A DNA stretch of 64,000 nucleotides, taken from positions 85,934,001 through 85,998,000 of the forward strand of contig CM052817.1 in the NCBI GenBank assembly GCA_028534125.1, written 5' to 3'. The position numbers and the translations under genes were made by a program. This DNA comes from Lama glama. Taxonomy: Eukaryota. Below the pieces are notes generated by a model. That model ran no database searches. It saw only the letters and a list, made by a program, of their open reading frames with translations, and was not told the DNA's origin. How positions within the stretch are numbered: the stretch's first letter is position 1; the number at the start of each line of letters is the position of its first letter. Positions 27,441 through 40,483 of the stretch are shown here, piece by piece.

Positions 27441-27751
27441 ATTAGGCTAAAAGACACTGAAAAATAACTTATATTCAGTGTCTCTGAATAGCAAAGAGCG
27501 TCTTGCTTTTATGGTTTTTGGAGCCTTCCTTCCAATTAAATAGCAAAAAAAAAAAAAATTACCCCAAATTATTCATAGAACACATTTTGTGTTTCTGAAC
27601 CTTATTATTAAAGGCTTATTCTGACTCAGAGATATGACTTTGTTTTATGCTTTCCAGTGAAAACCGTCAGTGTCTCACACTATATATTCCATGCCCTAAT
27701 AGGGACAGAAAAGATAACAATTTCCATTTAAGCTCTTTCAACCTAAAACCA

Positions 27752-30112
27752 GGTGCCTCCTGAATTTCCCTCCTCCCATGCATGCACCAAATCTATAGCT
27801 ACACGTGGATCAACTCTCTGTAAGAGAAATACAGAAAATACTTCAGTCACTCCTACACACTGGGCAACTGTGACAATAACTGCCTTGGCAGAGAGAGGAA
27901 AGACTAAGATACAAGCTTCCCATAAGCCCCACCCACACAGAGAACCTTACAATTAGGAGGGAACCCCCAACTCTTAGCTTCCCCTTCTGAAGAGTAAAAG
28001 ATTTGTACCACACAAGTAAGACCCCAGCTTTTGCAGCTGCCATGCAAGGGACAGACCCCCAAATCACTACCTCTGATAGCTAGTGGGGCTCGGCATTCAG
28101 GAGCCCCACAGGATCATTAAACCAAGAAAGCACTTCCAAACACTTGCTCAAGGGGAAAACTTCTGGCTGCGTTCTTCCCCTCAGTGCAGGAGAAGCGAGT
28201 GAAAATACCCATCTTGTAGTTTCTCCCTGGAATGCATCCGAATGTGTATTTTCCCAGCTTGCAGTTCTAGCCTGTAATCAGTCTACATCTGGGAGATGAC
28301 AGATCCTCTCAGAAGCCAGATAAAGCTGGTAGCCACATCACCAATCGTTTCTTCCCAGCTTTCTCCAATAGTAAAATTAAGTCTCTGGCCACTGCCTGGG
28401 GACAGCTTGCCCACAAGTCTAGCACCCCAACTGTTAAATGTCAAACATCAGAAATGTTAAAGGGAGTTCTTCAAGAGAAATTGAAAGTACGTTAATAAGT
28501 AACCTGAAAACATATGAAAGTATAAAACATACTGGCAAAAGGAAATATACAGTTAAATTAAAAAATACTCTAAATTACAATGGTAGTGGGTAAGTAAATT
28601 ATAACACTAGCATAAAGGTTAGAAGGCCAAAGTATTAAAAATAACTATAACTACAATTATTTGTTAATGGATATACAATGTGAAAGTATGTAGATTGTGA
28701 CATTAAAAACATAAAGTGGGGGGCTGCAAAAATGTAGAGTTTGTGTGTGTGTTAAAAGTTGAGTTAGTTAAGTTGTTACTAACTTAAAAAACACTGTATA
28801 ACTATGATTTATGTAAGCCTCGTGGTAAGTACAAAACAAAAATCTATACGAGATACATAAAAGATAAAGAAAGGAATCAAAGCACACCACTCCAGAAAAT
28901 CACCAAATCACAAAGGAAGAGATTAAGAGACAAAGAAAGAAACAAAGAAACTACAAAGCATCCAGAAAATAATTAATAAAATGTCACTAGTAAGTCCATT
29001 CCTAATCATAATTATTCTAACTGCAAATGGACTGAATTATCCAATCAAAAGACATGGAGTATCCAGATGGATTAAAAACAAACAAAAAACAAAAAAACAA
29101 GACCCAAATCTCTCATACGTACATAAGAGTCACTGCAGTTATAAGGATACACATAAGATCAAAGTAAATGGATGGAAAAAAGACATTTTGTGCTTGTGGA
29201 AACCAAAAGAAAGCAAGAGTGGCTATACTTACATGAGACAAAAAGGACTTTAAGCCAAAAATGGTAAGAGACAAAGAAGATCATTATATAATCATAAAGG
29301 GGCCAATTAATCAAGAAAATACAGCAATTGTAAATATGTATGCACTCAGTGTCAGAGGACATAAATCTATTAAACAAATACTAACAGATCAGTAAAGAGA
29401 ATTTGACAGCAATACAATTATATTAGAAAACTTCAATACCCCACTTTCAACAATGGATAGATCATCGAGACAGAAAATCAACAAGGAAATGTTGGACTTG
29501 AACCATACTGTAGACCAAATGGACCGATTTAAACATTGAACATTCCATCAGACAGCGACAGAATATACATTCTTTTCTAATATACACTGAACATTCTTCA
29601 GGATAGATGATATGATAGATCACAAAACAAATCTTAGTAAATGTAAGAAGACTGACTTCACAGGTATCTTTTCTGACCATGATGGTATGAAACTAGAAAT
29701 CAGTAACAGGAGGAAAGCTGGAAAATTTATAAACAGGTGGAAATTAAACAACATCCTCCTGAACGAGGGCTCAAAAAGGGAAATCAAAAAGGAAACAAAA
29801 GAATATCTTGAAACATCTTGAAATATCTTTTAACAAGACTGGAAAAACAATATACCAAAATCTGTGGGATACTGCAAAAGCAATTCCAAGAGGGAAGTTT
29901 AGGGCAATAAGCACCAATACAAGGAAAAATGAAAGATTTCAATCTAACTTTACACCTCAAGGAACCAGAAAGAGAACAAACTAAGCCCAGAGTCAGCAAA
30001 AGGAAGGAAATAACAAAGAGCAGAAACAAACAATGTAGACAGCAGGAAAACATTAGGAAAAAATCAATGTAACTAAAAGTTGGGTTTTTTTTTAAGATGA
30101 ACAAAATTGATG
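27752..30112 (+). mobile_element. L1 (L1M2/M3-like): 5'UTR, ORF1 mostly deleted, inter-ORF region, ORF2 5' part; 3' part missing
   Basis: 5'UTR-like text 27752-28430; ORF1 end agaaatgttaaagggagttcttcaag near 28450; ORF2 from 28981; ends abruptly at aacaaaattgatg with no polyA. Confidence 0.88.
28981..30112 (+). pseudogene. L1 ORF2p APE-like endonuclease domain, disrupted by frameshifts and stops
   Basis: Peptides ILTANGLNYPIKRH..WIK, IKVNGWKK, ENFNTPLSTMDRSSRQKINKE (GDFN motif mutated), FSRIDDMIDHKTNL, IFSDHDGMKLEI. Confidence 0.93.
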
Positions 30113-31419
30113 CTTTCCTGTTTTAAGTAAATGACTGTAAACAACAAAGTAGGCATATTTTCTTTATTTCAAAGCATACTCAATGTTGACTGCTAGTCAA
30201 GTCACAGTGCCTCACAACTGTGCATTGGTGTCTCCTACAGAGAGCCTTTTCTTATTTTATGCTACTGGGTTACTAATTTTTAAAAAATATTTACTGCATT
30301 TGCATTCCAATGGTGACTTTCAGCCAAAAAATTAAAATTCTCTAGTGTTAAATAGATTCATTATTTCATTTATAACATGGTATTAAATTTAGAACACTAA
30401 TAAGACATAGGAAATCATTAGAAGGAAACTGTGTTGATTATAGATTACATTGTAAAATTTGGAAACTTTAAATAAAATAGATTAAAATATTTGGCAACAT
30501 TAATGAACAACAGTAAAATATTACATTAACAACAATAAAATAAACCTACAAAAATTAGACTGGCGAATTAGGAAAATAAAATGAAATTCATTCTGAACAA
30601 AACTTCATTTGAAAATGACAAAAATCATCAACAAAAGTTAAACAAAAGATATTGTAACCAATTCTTGAATTTCTAGAAGCTAATATTTCTCACGTCCTCA
30701 GGAAATGTATAAATGAGAAATATTCATGGCTTCCAAAATTTCAAGATGACTGCTTCTAGTATAGGAACAATACGATGTGATACAGGCTAATCTTAAGGAG
30801 TAAAATTAAATAAACGCATCATGTAAGCTTTTAAAAGTCTCTCATTACATTTATATAATTCTCTCCAATTAAATAATTCCCTAATATCCCAAATTCCATG
30901 CCATGGTGTAAGGACACATTATCCGCTTGAATTTGGGTTATCTTGGCATTCACAAATATAGTAAACTATTTTATCATCTTCTGGTGGGTGCCTTTAACTG
31001 CCCATGGGTTCTAAAATAGTTCCAGATTGATGCACACTATTTTTACATATTTTAATTCTCTTGGTTATCCTTAAATTAACATCATCAGCAGCTGAGATTA
31101 ATTCAAAATTCTGTAAACATTATCTACAAAATAAAGATAAAAGTCAAACAAACATAAATGGAAAGCAATCCCTCTAAAATTAAATACAAATAGGAAACAT
31201 TTCAAGATACTAGAAACATTTAACAGTTAATAATCACAGGGAAAAGAGAAAAGAGAAATACTGATCAAATAGGAAAAATTTAGCAACATACACTTATGAA
31301 CTTGGTGTATTTCCTAAATGCTTTATTAATATTGTTTAAAACTCTCAACATTTAAAATTTAGAGGACAGTTGTAATGTAAATACTATTTAAATATCTTCA
31401 CTTTTATTATATTCTAGAG

Positions 31420-31726
31420 CAGTGTTGTTTACTAGAAATACAAGGTGAGCCATATATGCAACATTAACTTTTCTTGTGGCCATACTGACAAACATAAACA
31501 GAGCAAAATTTATTTTAACAATATACTTAGCCCAATTATATCCTGGAAATTATCCCTCTATCCAGTCAATATAAAATCATTAATGAGATGTTTTACTATT
31601 TTTCCAGTATGTACTCAAAATCTGGTATTCATACTGTTTCATACTGAATAGCACATCTCAGTTTGGGCTAGCCACACTACCAATGCTCAGAGGACACGTG
31701 TAGCTAGTGGCCATCCCACTGGATAG
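31420..31726 (+). mobile_element. MER33-like hAT-Charlie MITE
   Basis: cagtgttgtttactagaaatacaaggtgagccatatatg...tagcacatctcagtttgggctagccacactaccaatgctcagaggacacgtgtagctagtggcc; 8-bp flanks ttctagag (31412-31419) and ttctagga (31727-31734). Confidence 0.85.
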
Positions 31727-31859
31727 TTCTAGGACCGCTTGATATGCTCTCATTAACTTTTCTGAACATATTTTATTATAAAGGACATACCTAACTTTGG
31801 ATTATTGTGGCAGCAACATAGCAACAACATATTGTTGCTTATAAATATATTTTCAAATG

Positions 31860-31981
31860 GTGATGGATGTCAACTAGACTTACTGTGGTGTTCATTTCAT
31901 GATATATACAAATTTTGGATCACTATTATGTATACCTGGAAACTAATATAATGTTATGTCAAGTATACCTCAATAAAAAAG
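31860..31981 (+). mobile_element. Short L1 3' tail
   Basis: gtgatggatgtcaactagacttactgtggtgttcatttc...tatacctggaaactaatataatgttatgtcaagtatacctcaataaaaaa. Confidence 0.85.
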
Positions 31982-32441
31982 ATATTTTCTCATCTGTATA
32001 CCATAAAAATTCTTTTCAGCTTACTTTTATAAATGGTATTGCAAGATAATAGCTGTTTAGAATTGTGAAACTGCAAGCTACTGATATAGATCAGTTATAA
32101 AATTCTTAGAAGCATGATAAGCTTTCTAATTGCAGAGCCCACTGACAAGACATTTTTTAAAGTTCCCCATTTTTAGCTCCTGTTCTCAGTTCTCACTGCA
32201 ATAGTCCCTCGTATGTTGATAAAAACATATATGCATGCTTATAGCCATATATACTTTAAACTGCTGGAAATAGATAATTTTTATCCTTTTCACTCATTCT
32301 TCTTTTCCTCTGGTCATCAAAGAACAACTGCCTTTCCTTCTGATCATTTCTAATTCCTCCCCTTAATCTCTAAGTCAAGTCAGAGCATTTCCCATCTCCA
32401 TAATATCTCATGAATTTCCAAACCTCTTCTATCAAATGTAG

Positions 32442-32738
32442 TTTTTTTAAACTTTATTGAGGAATAATTGACAAATATAACTATATATATTTAAAGTATA
32501 CAATGTGGCGATTTGGTATGCGTATGAATTGCAGAATGATTTCCGACATCATGATAATTAACACATCTATCACCTCACGTACTTAACTCTTTGTGTGAGT
32601 GCGTGTGTGGTGAAAATACTTTCGATCTACTCTCAGCAACTCCATCATATTATTAACTACAGTCACCATGTTGTACATTAGAGCCTCAGAACTTATTCCT
32701 TTATAACTGAAAATTTGTACCCTTTCAATAAACATCCC
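32442..32738 (-). mobile_element. L1MA9-like 3'UTR fragment
   Basis: ctttattgaggaataattgacaaat...attaactacagtcaccatgttgtacattagagcctcagaacttattcctttataactgaaaatttgtaccct. Confidence 0.88.
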
Positions 32739-32742
32739 CAAG

Positions 32743-33374
32743 TGAGACAGGAGGGAAGGGGACAGGGCACAGCCACTTAAGGAATGACAGCAACCAAAAT
32801 GGTGGAAAATTCACCTTCTAGTTGGCCTTGAGGATTAAGAGGATTGACTTCTAATAGACCTTGAGCTTCATTATATGCTCATTGTAACAGCATGATCAAA
32901 TAGCATGCCCACAGGCGCCATGACAGCCCCAAGGCTAACCGCAAAAGGCCAAAGAATGGGCAGTGGCCCAATCCCTGGGAATCCCAGCCCCTTCCCCAGG
33001 GCAGCTGGATTGATCCCACCTGTAGGCGTGTAAAGCTACTGAGACCATAAAAAGTAACAACAACACTCCTAGTGGCCCTTTGCGCTCTCTCTTCCCTTTG
33101 GAGACGGCCCGCACTCTGTCTACGGAGTGTATACCTACTTTCACTTTAACCTGAGCACCCAATTCTCACGCCTCTTTCCTTGCCTTTCTCTTGCCTTATA
33201 CTCTATGCAGTGTGTATCTCTCTAAATAAGTCTACCTTAACTCAACGGTGGCTCACACTTGAATTCTTTCCTGCATGAAGCTAAGGACCCACACTTGGCA
33301 GGGCACATCCCAGGGGCTCAATTGAGACCTGGGACACAGCCCTTCTCATGCCCCACATCTGTTTTCCTGCATCA
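32743..33374 (+). mobile_element. ERV1 solo LTR, 632 bp, with perfect 4-bp TSD
   Basis: tgagacag...tgcatca; TSD caag at 32739-32742 and 33375-33378; cataaaaa TATA-like element; cttgaattctttcctgcatgaagctaaggaccc U5-like text. Confidence 0.92.
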
Positions 33375-33399
33375 CAAGTACATCTTGGATCGTATGACT

Positions 33400-33790
33400 T
33401 TAAGACAAGCCTTAGTCACCTTTCACTTGAGCGATTACCCTTTTTTTCTAATCAGATTTTGCCACCTTCTCCTTGTCACAATTTCCACTGCTACCAGATC
33501 AGTCTTTCTAAAATGCAGTTCTAATAATGTCAGCCTCTTGGTTAAATACAATTATTCCGGGTTCACTCTACAAAAATTAATAAAGACCTTTATGTGTCAC
33601 AGGAAGCCCTTTATATTATGAGTCTTGTATACACCTTGAACTTAGGCACTCATCTTGTCTCATGTCCATGACCAGAGATTCCATCCACTCTGAGCTACAT
33701 CTTATTAATTCTTATACCTCCAAGCTTTGCATATATTGTTTTCCCTGCTCAGAATCCCTTTCTAAATCTTGATTTCATGCAATGCCTTTA
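33400..33790 (+). mobile_element. L2 fragment
   Basis: ccactgctaccagatcagtctttctaaaatgcagttctaataatgtcagcctcttggttaaa...ctttgcatatattgttttccctgctcagaatccct. Confidence 0.65.
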
Positions 33791-33864
33791 ATAATCTCAC
33801 CCTGGGTTTTTTGTTTGTATTTTGTAGGTGTTGTTTTTCGTTGTTGTTGTTACTACTTTTATTA

Positions 33865-34260
33865 TCCTGACAGATGATAATGGACAGCCACAATTCAACA
33901 AATAAGTAATCTCATTGCAACTACTGTGCAATTTATGGCATCTTTGCTAGAGCAGATTAGCATGGCTTCACATACACCATCTGTGGCCATCTGAGCAGAC
34001 TAATGCACTGTGTTCCACTGCTATCAGGAGAAGGTTAAGAAGCAGCCTAGGTTCTCATGGGATGTACAACAGTATGCATTCACGGTCCTGCCGCAGGGCT
34101 ATGTTACCTTTTTTGTCCTCTAGCCTTTCTTCAGATCATCACATTTTCTACTATCTAAATTACCACATGTTGATAGGACCAGATGAGCAAAAAGTTGAAA
34201 GCACACTAGAAGCCGTAAAACATACATGCATTTCAGAAGGTAGGAGAAAAGCCCTAGTAC
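33865..34260 (+). pseudogene. ERV-L-type pol (reverse transcriptase) fragment, decayed
   Basis: Manual translation across frames: QMIMDSH..., IATTVQFMASLLEQISMAS, KQPRFSWDVQQYAFTVLPQGYV, YYLNYHMLIGPDEQKVESTLEA, collinear with recalled ERV-L RT (SLLEQIN; QQYTFTVLPQGY; HYIDDIMLIGPSEQEV). Confidence 0.88.
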
Positions 34261-36781
34261 ATTTTCTGCATCTAATCTACATCTTAAAGGCTGTTTTAAA
34301 TAACTCAAGTGAAGGCAGAGACAAAAGCAGTAGTGCTTACCTGATAGCCCTCAAGCTTGTTATACTGAGCTGAAAATGATATGTCACACTTTTATTCACA
34401 GGAAATTAAACTGCAAATGTCTGTACTTTAGATATTCATCAGAATATACAATGATACAGAAAAGGAATAGTACTAGATTGTCTACTATATAATGCACTTC
34501 TATAGGAGTAGAGCAAGTGTACGTTTGAAATGACAGGAGTTATTAAATGAGTAGGTGCTCTTGATTTGAGATCCTACAACTAAAAAATGATTACTCAATT
34601 GAAAAGAGATCTTAAGAGAGAAAAATCTCCAGTAGATTCCTCGAATGGCTCATTGCACAAGCTTTTAGGATCATAGAAAAAATAATACCTTAGGAAAACA
34701 TAAGAACTGTCAGAAAATCAAACACATTTTAATTCTAAGAAGCACAATTTTTAATTCAGGAGTCTGTTAACTTAATCCCCACCTGTGTATGGCTTTTACT
34801 GTCTCAAGTTGCGTTTACAAACGTATTTTTCATCTGAAGTTCTACTCATGATGGGTTTTTCAGAGACTTCAGGATCTCCTCAGGTTTTTATAATAGAAGG
34901 TCATGTGGTCCATTAACGGCAGAGTTTCTAAATGAGAGGACCTGTGTAAAGATGTCATCTGGTTGCCTGCAGACTGTCCCTACCTTGCCTGCATGAGATT
35001 ACTTGTTCAAATGGGCTCTCATTCTGACTTCTGGCTTCTATAACTGTAGCGTAGTTATCTTCAAATCTTTTAGCTGTCACTAATATTTCATAGCAAGGTT
35101 CTATATTTTGAATCCTAACCTGCTGATGCGGACTGATTACTTGGATCTATTCTCTTTAACACACTTAACGCAGATTAAGTATTCTGGTACCCAAATCAGT
35201 CTTTATCTTGCTGTATTCATTTGTTCGGTCACATTTTTGAAGCTCATCTTCTGAAGCGAGAGTCACATATCACAGGCTCTATCTACTTTTCTTGTCAAAT
35301 TATACTACAACCCAAATCTACATATTTTTGCAGAATTTAACTTCTAGAAATTGAGTAGTTTGCCACTGAAGGCTGTAGGAGAAGAAAACTGACTAAAGGT
35401 ATCTAAAATCGATGTAGTTCCATTTTAAAGTAGAAGCTCCACTTCTACAGAAGTGAAAAGACAAAAATCCTCATTTTTATTACTTTATATACAGTGAATG
35501 TGTTGTAATGATACTAGCAAGACTTAATTCGATGACCTAATCAACAAAGGCTTATAATTTTTGTTAGCAAGAGATGAATCTGTGCCATTAATGAGCCTAA
35601 TGAGGAAACCATATTTAGTAATAATGTCTTACACTTATACTTGCAGATGAAATAGAAAAAAAAACCCACAAAAACAGAACAATGTAGTTCTGTATGTGCT
35701 AAGAAATCATCCATTTTCTTTCTCCTGAGTATTTTATTTCATCCTTTAGAAACTAGCGTCTTTTCAGCTATTTTTTTAAATCTTATGATACACAAAACTT
35801 ACATCTCCTAGGCAATCCTAATTCTGATGACATATGAACAAATGTTTCAACATGTTAATTTAGAAAAATTGTGCAATCAGTTTTTAAAAATCAATATTTA
35901 AAGAGCATGCAGGTGGAATCTTGAAATATTTTCAGACTTAAAATCATTCTTATAAATTGGCAATTTATGTCAAGAAATCGTCATATTGTGACCATTATGT
36001 TAGTTCTATCTGCTATAACTGATCGTGAGATTTGACTTAGAGTGTTGATCTTTCTGTATTGTTTTATTGTAATTCTGGTTATTTAAGCCATTGAAAATAA
36101 CATTTATTTTTGAATTGGTTAATACATGTTATATCATGATATTCTTAAGAATACATTTCAAAGCTTTTCTCCTATGGAAGAGAATTACCATGAGGTTCAG
36201 GGAGACAGACTGAAATATATAGACAACTACATGGTAAAATAATTTGAATTTATCATTGATAACCACTGACTAATTCTACACATTTAGATGTTGGCTATTG
36301 AAATATTGAAATCCTACAGTCGCCTTAAAAATGGAAGAATTTGACCTGTGAACAGTTTCATTGATTGTATAATATCATTCTTGCAGAAGTTCCACTTTCA
36401 ATTTTCTTCATATACTAAAGTTGAAATTTTAAAGTAAGATCTATTTATTTCCAGATTTAAAAAGAAAAATGTAAGTTTCCTCCCAAAATGTCTTCTGGAT
36501 AATAATCTAGTCTTGATGCTGTGTTCTCCAAAAAAACTATTTTCCTAATACTAAATATATTTATATAAGTTCAGCATCTATAATGTTAAATCATTAGGTA
36601 TCTGATGCACACGGCTCTATATAGTTGGTTATCTATGGTTCTAGGATTAACTCCTACCTATTTATCCAGTTACTGTAATTTTATGCAGGTCAAATGGTGA
36701 TACATTCTCTAAACTTTATTTGCCTAAAATTGTAGCTTTTTTCACTTTATTTTTATTAGGAGGAAGGCTGTTTGTGTTTAA

Positions 36782-37570
36782 TCAATTTTATTAAGGTATA
36801 ATTTATGTACAATAAAATTCAAACATTTGAAGTATTCATTAGTTTTGCAAAATGTGTATACCCATGTAACTACTATCATAGCATACAATGTAGTTCTTAA
36901 TATATATTCATAGAATTTATTAATATAGTGTTAATTACATATATTTATGGGTACTTATGAGTCAGAACCTACGTATTGTGTTTAACCTTCACTACAATCA
37001 AAATGCAGTTTCTACACTCCCCAAAATTTCATCACGCTGTTCCTTTGTACTAAAATCACTCACCCACCAGTAACCTATTTGTTCTCTGTTGTTGTAGTTT
37101 TGCCTTTTCCAAAATGTCATATAAATGAAATTGTAGAGTATGTAACCTTTTGACATTGGTTTCTTTCATTCAGCATAGCATCTTTGAATGGTTATCTAGG
37201 TTGTTGTGTGTCTCAATATCCATTCCTTTATAGTGTTGATTAGAATTCCATTGTGTGGATGCACTAAAATTTATCCACTCACTGACTTATTGAAGAACAT
37301 TAGCTTGTGTTGTTTCCAATACTGGGTGATAATTAACACACTTGCTACAAATATTTTAGTGTAAGATCTTTTGTCTGAATGTAACTTTTCATTTCTCTAT
37401 GGTAAATAACTGGAAGAAGAATTGATGGATCGTATTGTAAGTGTACACTTAACTTTGTAAAAAAAATGCCTAACTGTTCTCCAGAATTGCTATTAACATT
37501 TTGCATTTCCATAAACAATGTATGAGGGTTTCAGTTGCTTTATTTCCGTACTATTTCTTGTTATTGTCAC
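36782..37570 (-). mobile_element. L1MC/MD-like 3' region
   Basis: ttttattaaggtataatttatgtacaataaaattc...ttgccttttccaaaatgtcatataaatgaaattgtagagtatgtaacc...ttttgcatttccataaacaatgtatgagggtttcagttgct. Confidence 0.88.
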
Positions 37571-39140
37571 TGCTGGGACCCCCATAATGTGACTGTTACT
37601 ATGCCTTATGTTGTCCCAGAAGTTCCTTAAACTCTCCTCATTATTTTCCCCTTTTGCCGTCGTGACTGGGTGACTTTCACGATTTTCACTATTCGTTTTT
37701 CAGAATGCTTATGTGCTCTTCTGTATCTCCTAACTTGCTGTTCATTTTAAAAGAGTAGGAAACTAACTAACAAAATGGCTTCCCTAACGCTAAAGCTGTT
37801 TACTGATTCATTCTGACTTAGAATTCTTGCAACTTGTTTTTCTCTTTCCTCTGACAAAACCCCATCTCTGCTTCATTTTCTCAACTGCTTTTGTACTAAA
37901 CAGCTCCCAGTCTTTCCATTACACTTTCCACTCCCTGTACATTCTTTGCCGAGAATAGCTTTAACCCAGAAGCTATGTTCCAGGAAGGTGGTCACGGGCT
38001 GATAGCTTCAGAAAAATGAACAGACCCTCCAAAGTTTCTCTGTGACAGCAGGTGGATTCATCGAGATTAAGAAGAATACAGCACCCCGCAAAATGCTCCA
38101 ATTGTTATTGCCTTTCTGTTCTATCCAGTTTTTCTATAAAACCTCAGGACCTCAACCCCAAGATGGATTCACAGTCTCTGAGGCATTAGTCTGCTGTGAC
38201 TCCCCTTTGTCTGGCAAAGCAATAAAACTGTTCTTTTCTGGTTCTCCCAAAACTCTACCTACAAGTCTCAATTTAGCTACTGGGGTACAGAGGCCGGCTT
38301 TTTGGCAACAATTTCTTTAGTGTATTTTTCATTCCAGTGTTTTATATAGTTCGACTCTGACTGATTCCTCTTTACATTTTTCTAGTTCTTTGCTGAAGTT
38401 TTCACTGGGTTCCTCCTCTGTTCTTATCCTGAGTTCAGTGAGCATTTTTATGAATTTTGCTTTAAATTCTTTACCAGGTTAATTATTTATCTCCGTTTCA
38501 TTAGTTTTTTCTGTCTTTTTTTTTTCCTGGAGTTTTATTTGTTCTTTGATTTGGTATAAGTTCCTCTGTAGTTTCATTTGGTTTGATTTTCTCTGTTTGT
38601 TTCTATGAAATTAGGCAAAACAGTTACTTGTCCCAGTCCTGAAGGCATCATCTAGTGTGGGAGAGTCTCTATGCAGTCTATACATGCCCAAGAGCTTTGG
38701 TGGGATCTCTGAATCTGAAGCAAGCATAGGCTGCATCTTCTCCCTTGCTGTATTGGTGATGGTCATTTTGCTGGGTGTTAGGACCAGAGCCAGCAGGGCT
38801 AGAACTGGAGCCTGGTGTGAGCCAGGCCTTCTCCCCCAGTGCAGCGGAGGTTACCACCTTGGAGGAGGATGGGATGGGAACCAGAGGGGATGGCGCTAAG
38901 CCCAGCATGAGCCACTGCTCCCTCACCGAGCAATGATCATCATCATCACCATGACTGGACACAGGGCTGGAGAAAGAGGGGCTGAAGCCAAAACCCAACG
39001 TGGGCAGTCCAGATAGGCTGGGGCAGGGCACCAAGATGTTTTCAGTCTGTTGCCTTTGCCCTGGGACTAGGAGCAAGCAAGTCTGTGCACGCATTCTTCA
39101 AGAGTGAAGTCTAGGTTTCCTACAGCCCCACTGGTTTTCA
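37570..39140 (-). mobile_element. L1 5'UTR/ORF1 fragment split by a solo LTR
   Basis: ctgggacccccataatgtga...gttgtcccagaagttccttaaactctcctca...aacttgctgttc|atttctttagtgtatttttcattccag...; GC-richer 5'UTR 38640-39140. Confidence 0.8.
37748..38310 (+). mobile_element. ERV1 solo LTR (MER34/MER39-like), 563 bp
   Basis: TSD attt at 37744-37747 and 38311-38314 rejoins the host L1; TATAAAA 38135-38141; AATAAA 38221-38226; ends ggcaaca; 5' TG apparently mutated to TA. Confidence 0.85.
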
Positions 39141-39149
39141 AACTGTCCA

Positions 39150-40255
39150 AATGTAATATCTAGATCACCTATAGACTTGTCATTGGTTCTTTTTCTCTTA
39201 ATTGTATAGCACCTGGTCTTCACTTAGTACGTACCTGATAATTCAGATTTATATAAAAAATTGTAAAGGTTCCACATATTCAAAATAAGAGGATTTACTC
39301 TTTCTTCTACTATGTAGTGCTGTGGGGTGCTGATTACCTCAATCCAATGACAGACTGAGCTGGGTTGAGGCTGCCTTAATTTTCGTAAGATTCAGTCCAC
39401 CTCTGATTTGCCCTGTTTCTAGGGCATGGCTCACAATGACTTTCTGTAAAAACTATGAAGGGCTTCCTTGATAGTTTCTTTACAAGTGTCTGTTTTTTTT
39501 ATGCATTCGGATATCATGGAAAATTTAACTATGATTTCCACAGAGCTAAATTTGGCTTAGTCTTTTAGCTCTACTCACCCATGAATCTTTAGAATTTGGA
39601 AATGCCTGGAGAGATAATAAATTTGTATTTGAAACCTTGAGGCTTTTATTTTACCACACAAGAGTCACATGACTACCAAAACTTTTTCTAACTCCCCTGA
39701 AAACCAGTAGTGGCTCTCTGAATTCTCAGTTCTGTCTGTGCCTAAGATCAGTGATTGTCGCAGAGGAAAAAGCAGTTGCAAATTGCTGCTGTGAAGTCAT
39801 CATTCCCTCGAGGGCTATCAACTCTTACTTGTGGTCCCTGCTCTTTCTCCTTCTTGAGGCTCTTTTTCTCCTAGAAGCCACAAGATTCTGGGAATTTCTA
39901 TTCTGTTTTATTGTTTCAATCTCCTGAACCTTTCAACTTTGAAATACTGAAAATATCTCTAGAAAACAATCATCTGTGTATTCTAGGGTCCTAATGTCTC
40001 CAATTCTATTATTCTAGCCTCATGTGACTGCTAAAATCACTGCTGATTTCTCTGTCTCTTCAGCAACACTCTGCCTAGGTCTAGGTCACTTTCTTACATC
40101 TAGCCTTTGTTCAAAATGGACAAATGTCCTTGTAAATCTCTACCAATAAGAAAGATTTTTTTTTTCTTCAATGGAATTTGAATCCATCTAGCTCTTCCTG
40201 AAGCATTTAAATTGTGACTTTGTAATTTATCTGGCTTTTGTAGATATAAGCTATC
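39150..40255 (-). mobile_element. Very old L1M 5'-region remnant
   Basis: tacctgataattcagatttatataaaaaattgtaaagg...aagaggatttactctttcttc...ttgtaatttatctggcttttgtag. Confidence 0.45.
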
Positions 40256-40268
40256 AGGAAGAAATGTT

Positions 40269-40483
40269 TTCTTTATTTAAGTATAGTTGATTTACATTGT
40301 TGTGTTAATTTCTGGTGTACAGTACGGTGATTCATTTACATATATATATATTTGGGAGCTCGGAATTTGCAGATACTAACTACTATATATAAAATAGATA
40401 AATAACAAGGTCCTTCTGTATATTACAGGGAACTATATATATTCAATACCTTGTAAAGGCCTATAATGCAAAAGAATATGAAT
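40269..40483 (-). mobile_element. Short L1 3' end with 5' inversion
   Basis: 40269-40352 is the antisense tail; 40353-40483 is the adjacent upstream 3'UTR in sense; flanks aggaagaaatgtt (40256-40268) and aggaagaagtctt (40484-40496). Confidence 0.85.
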
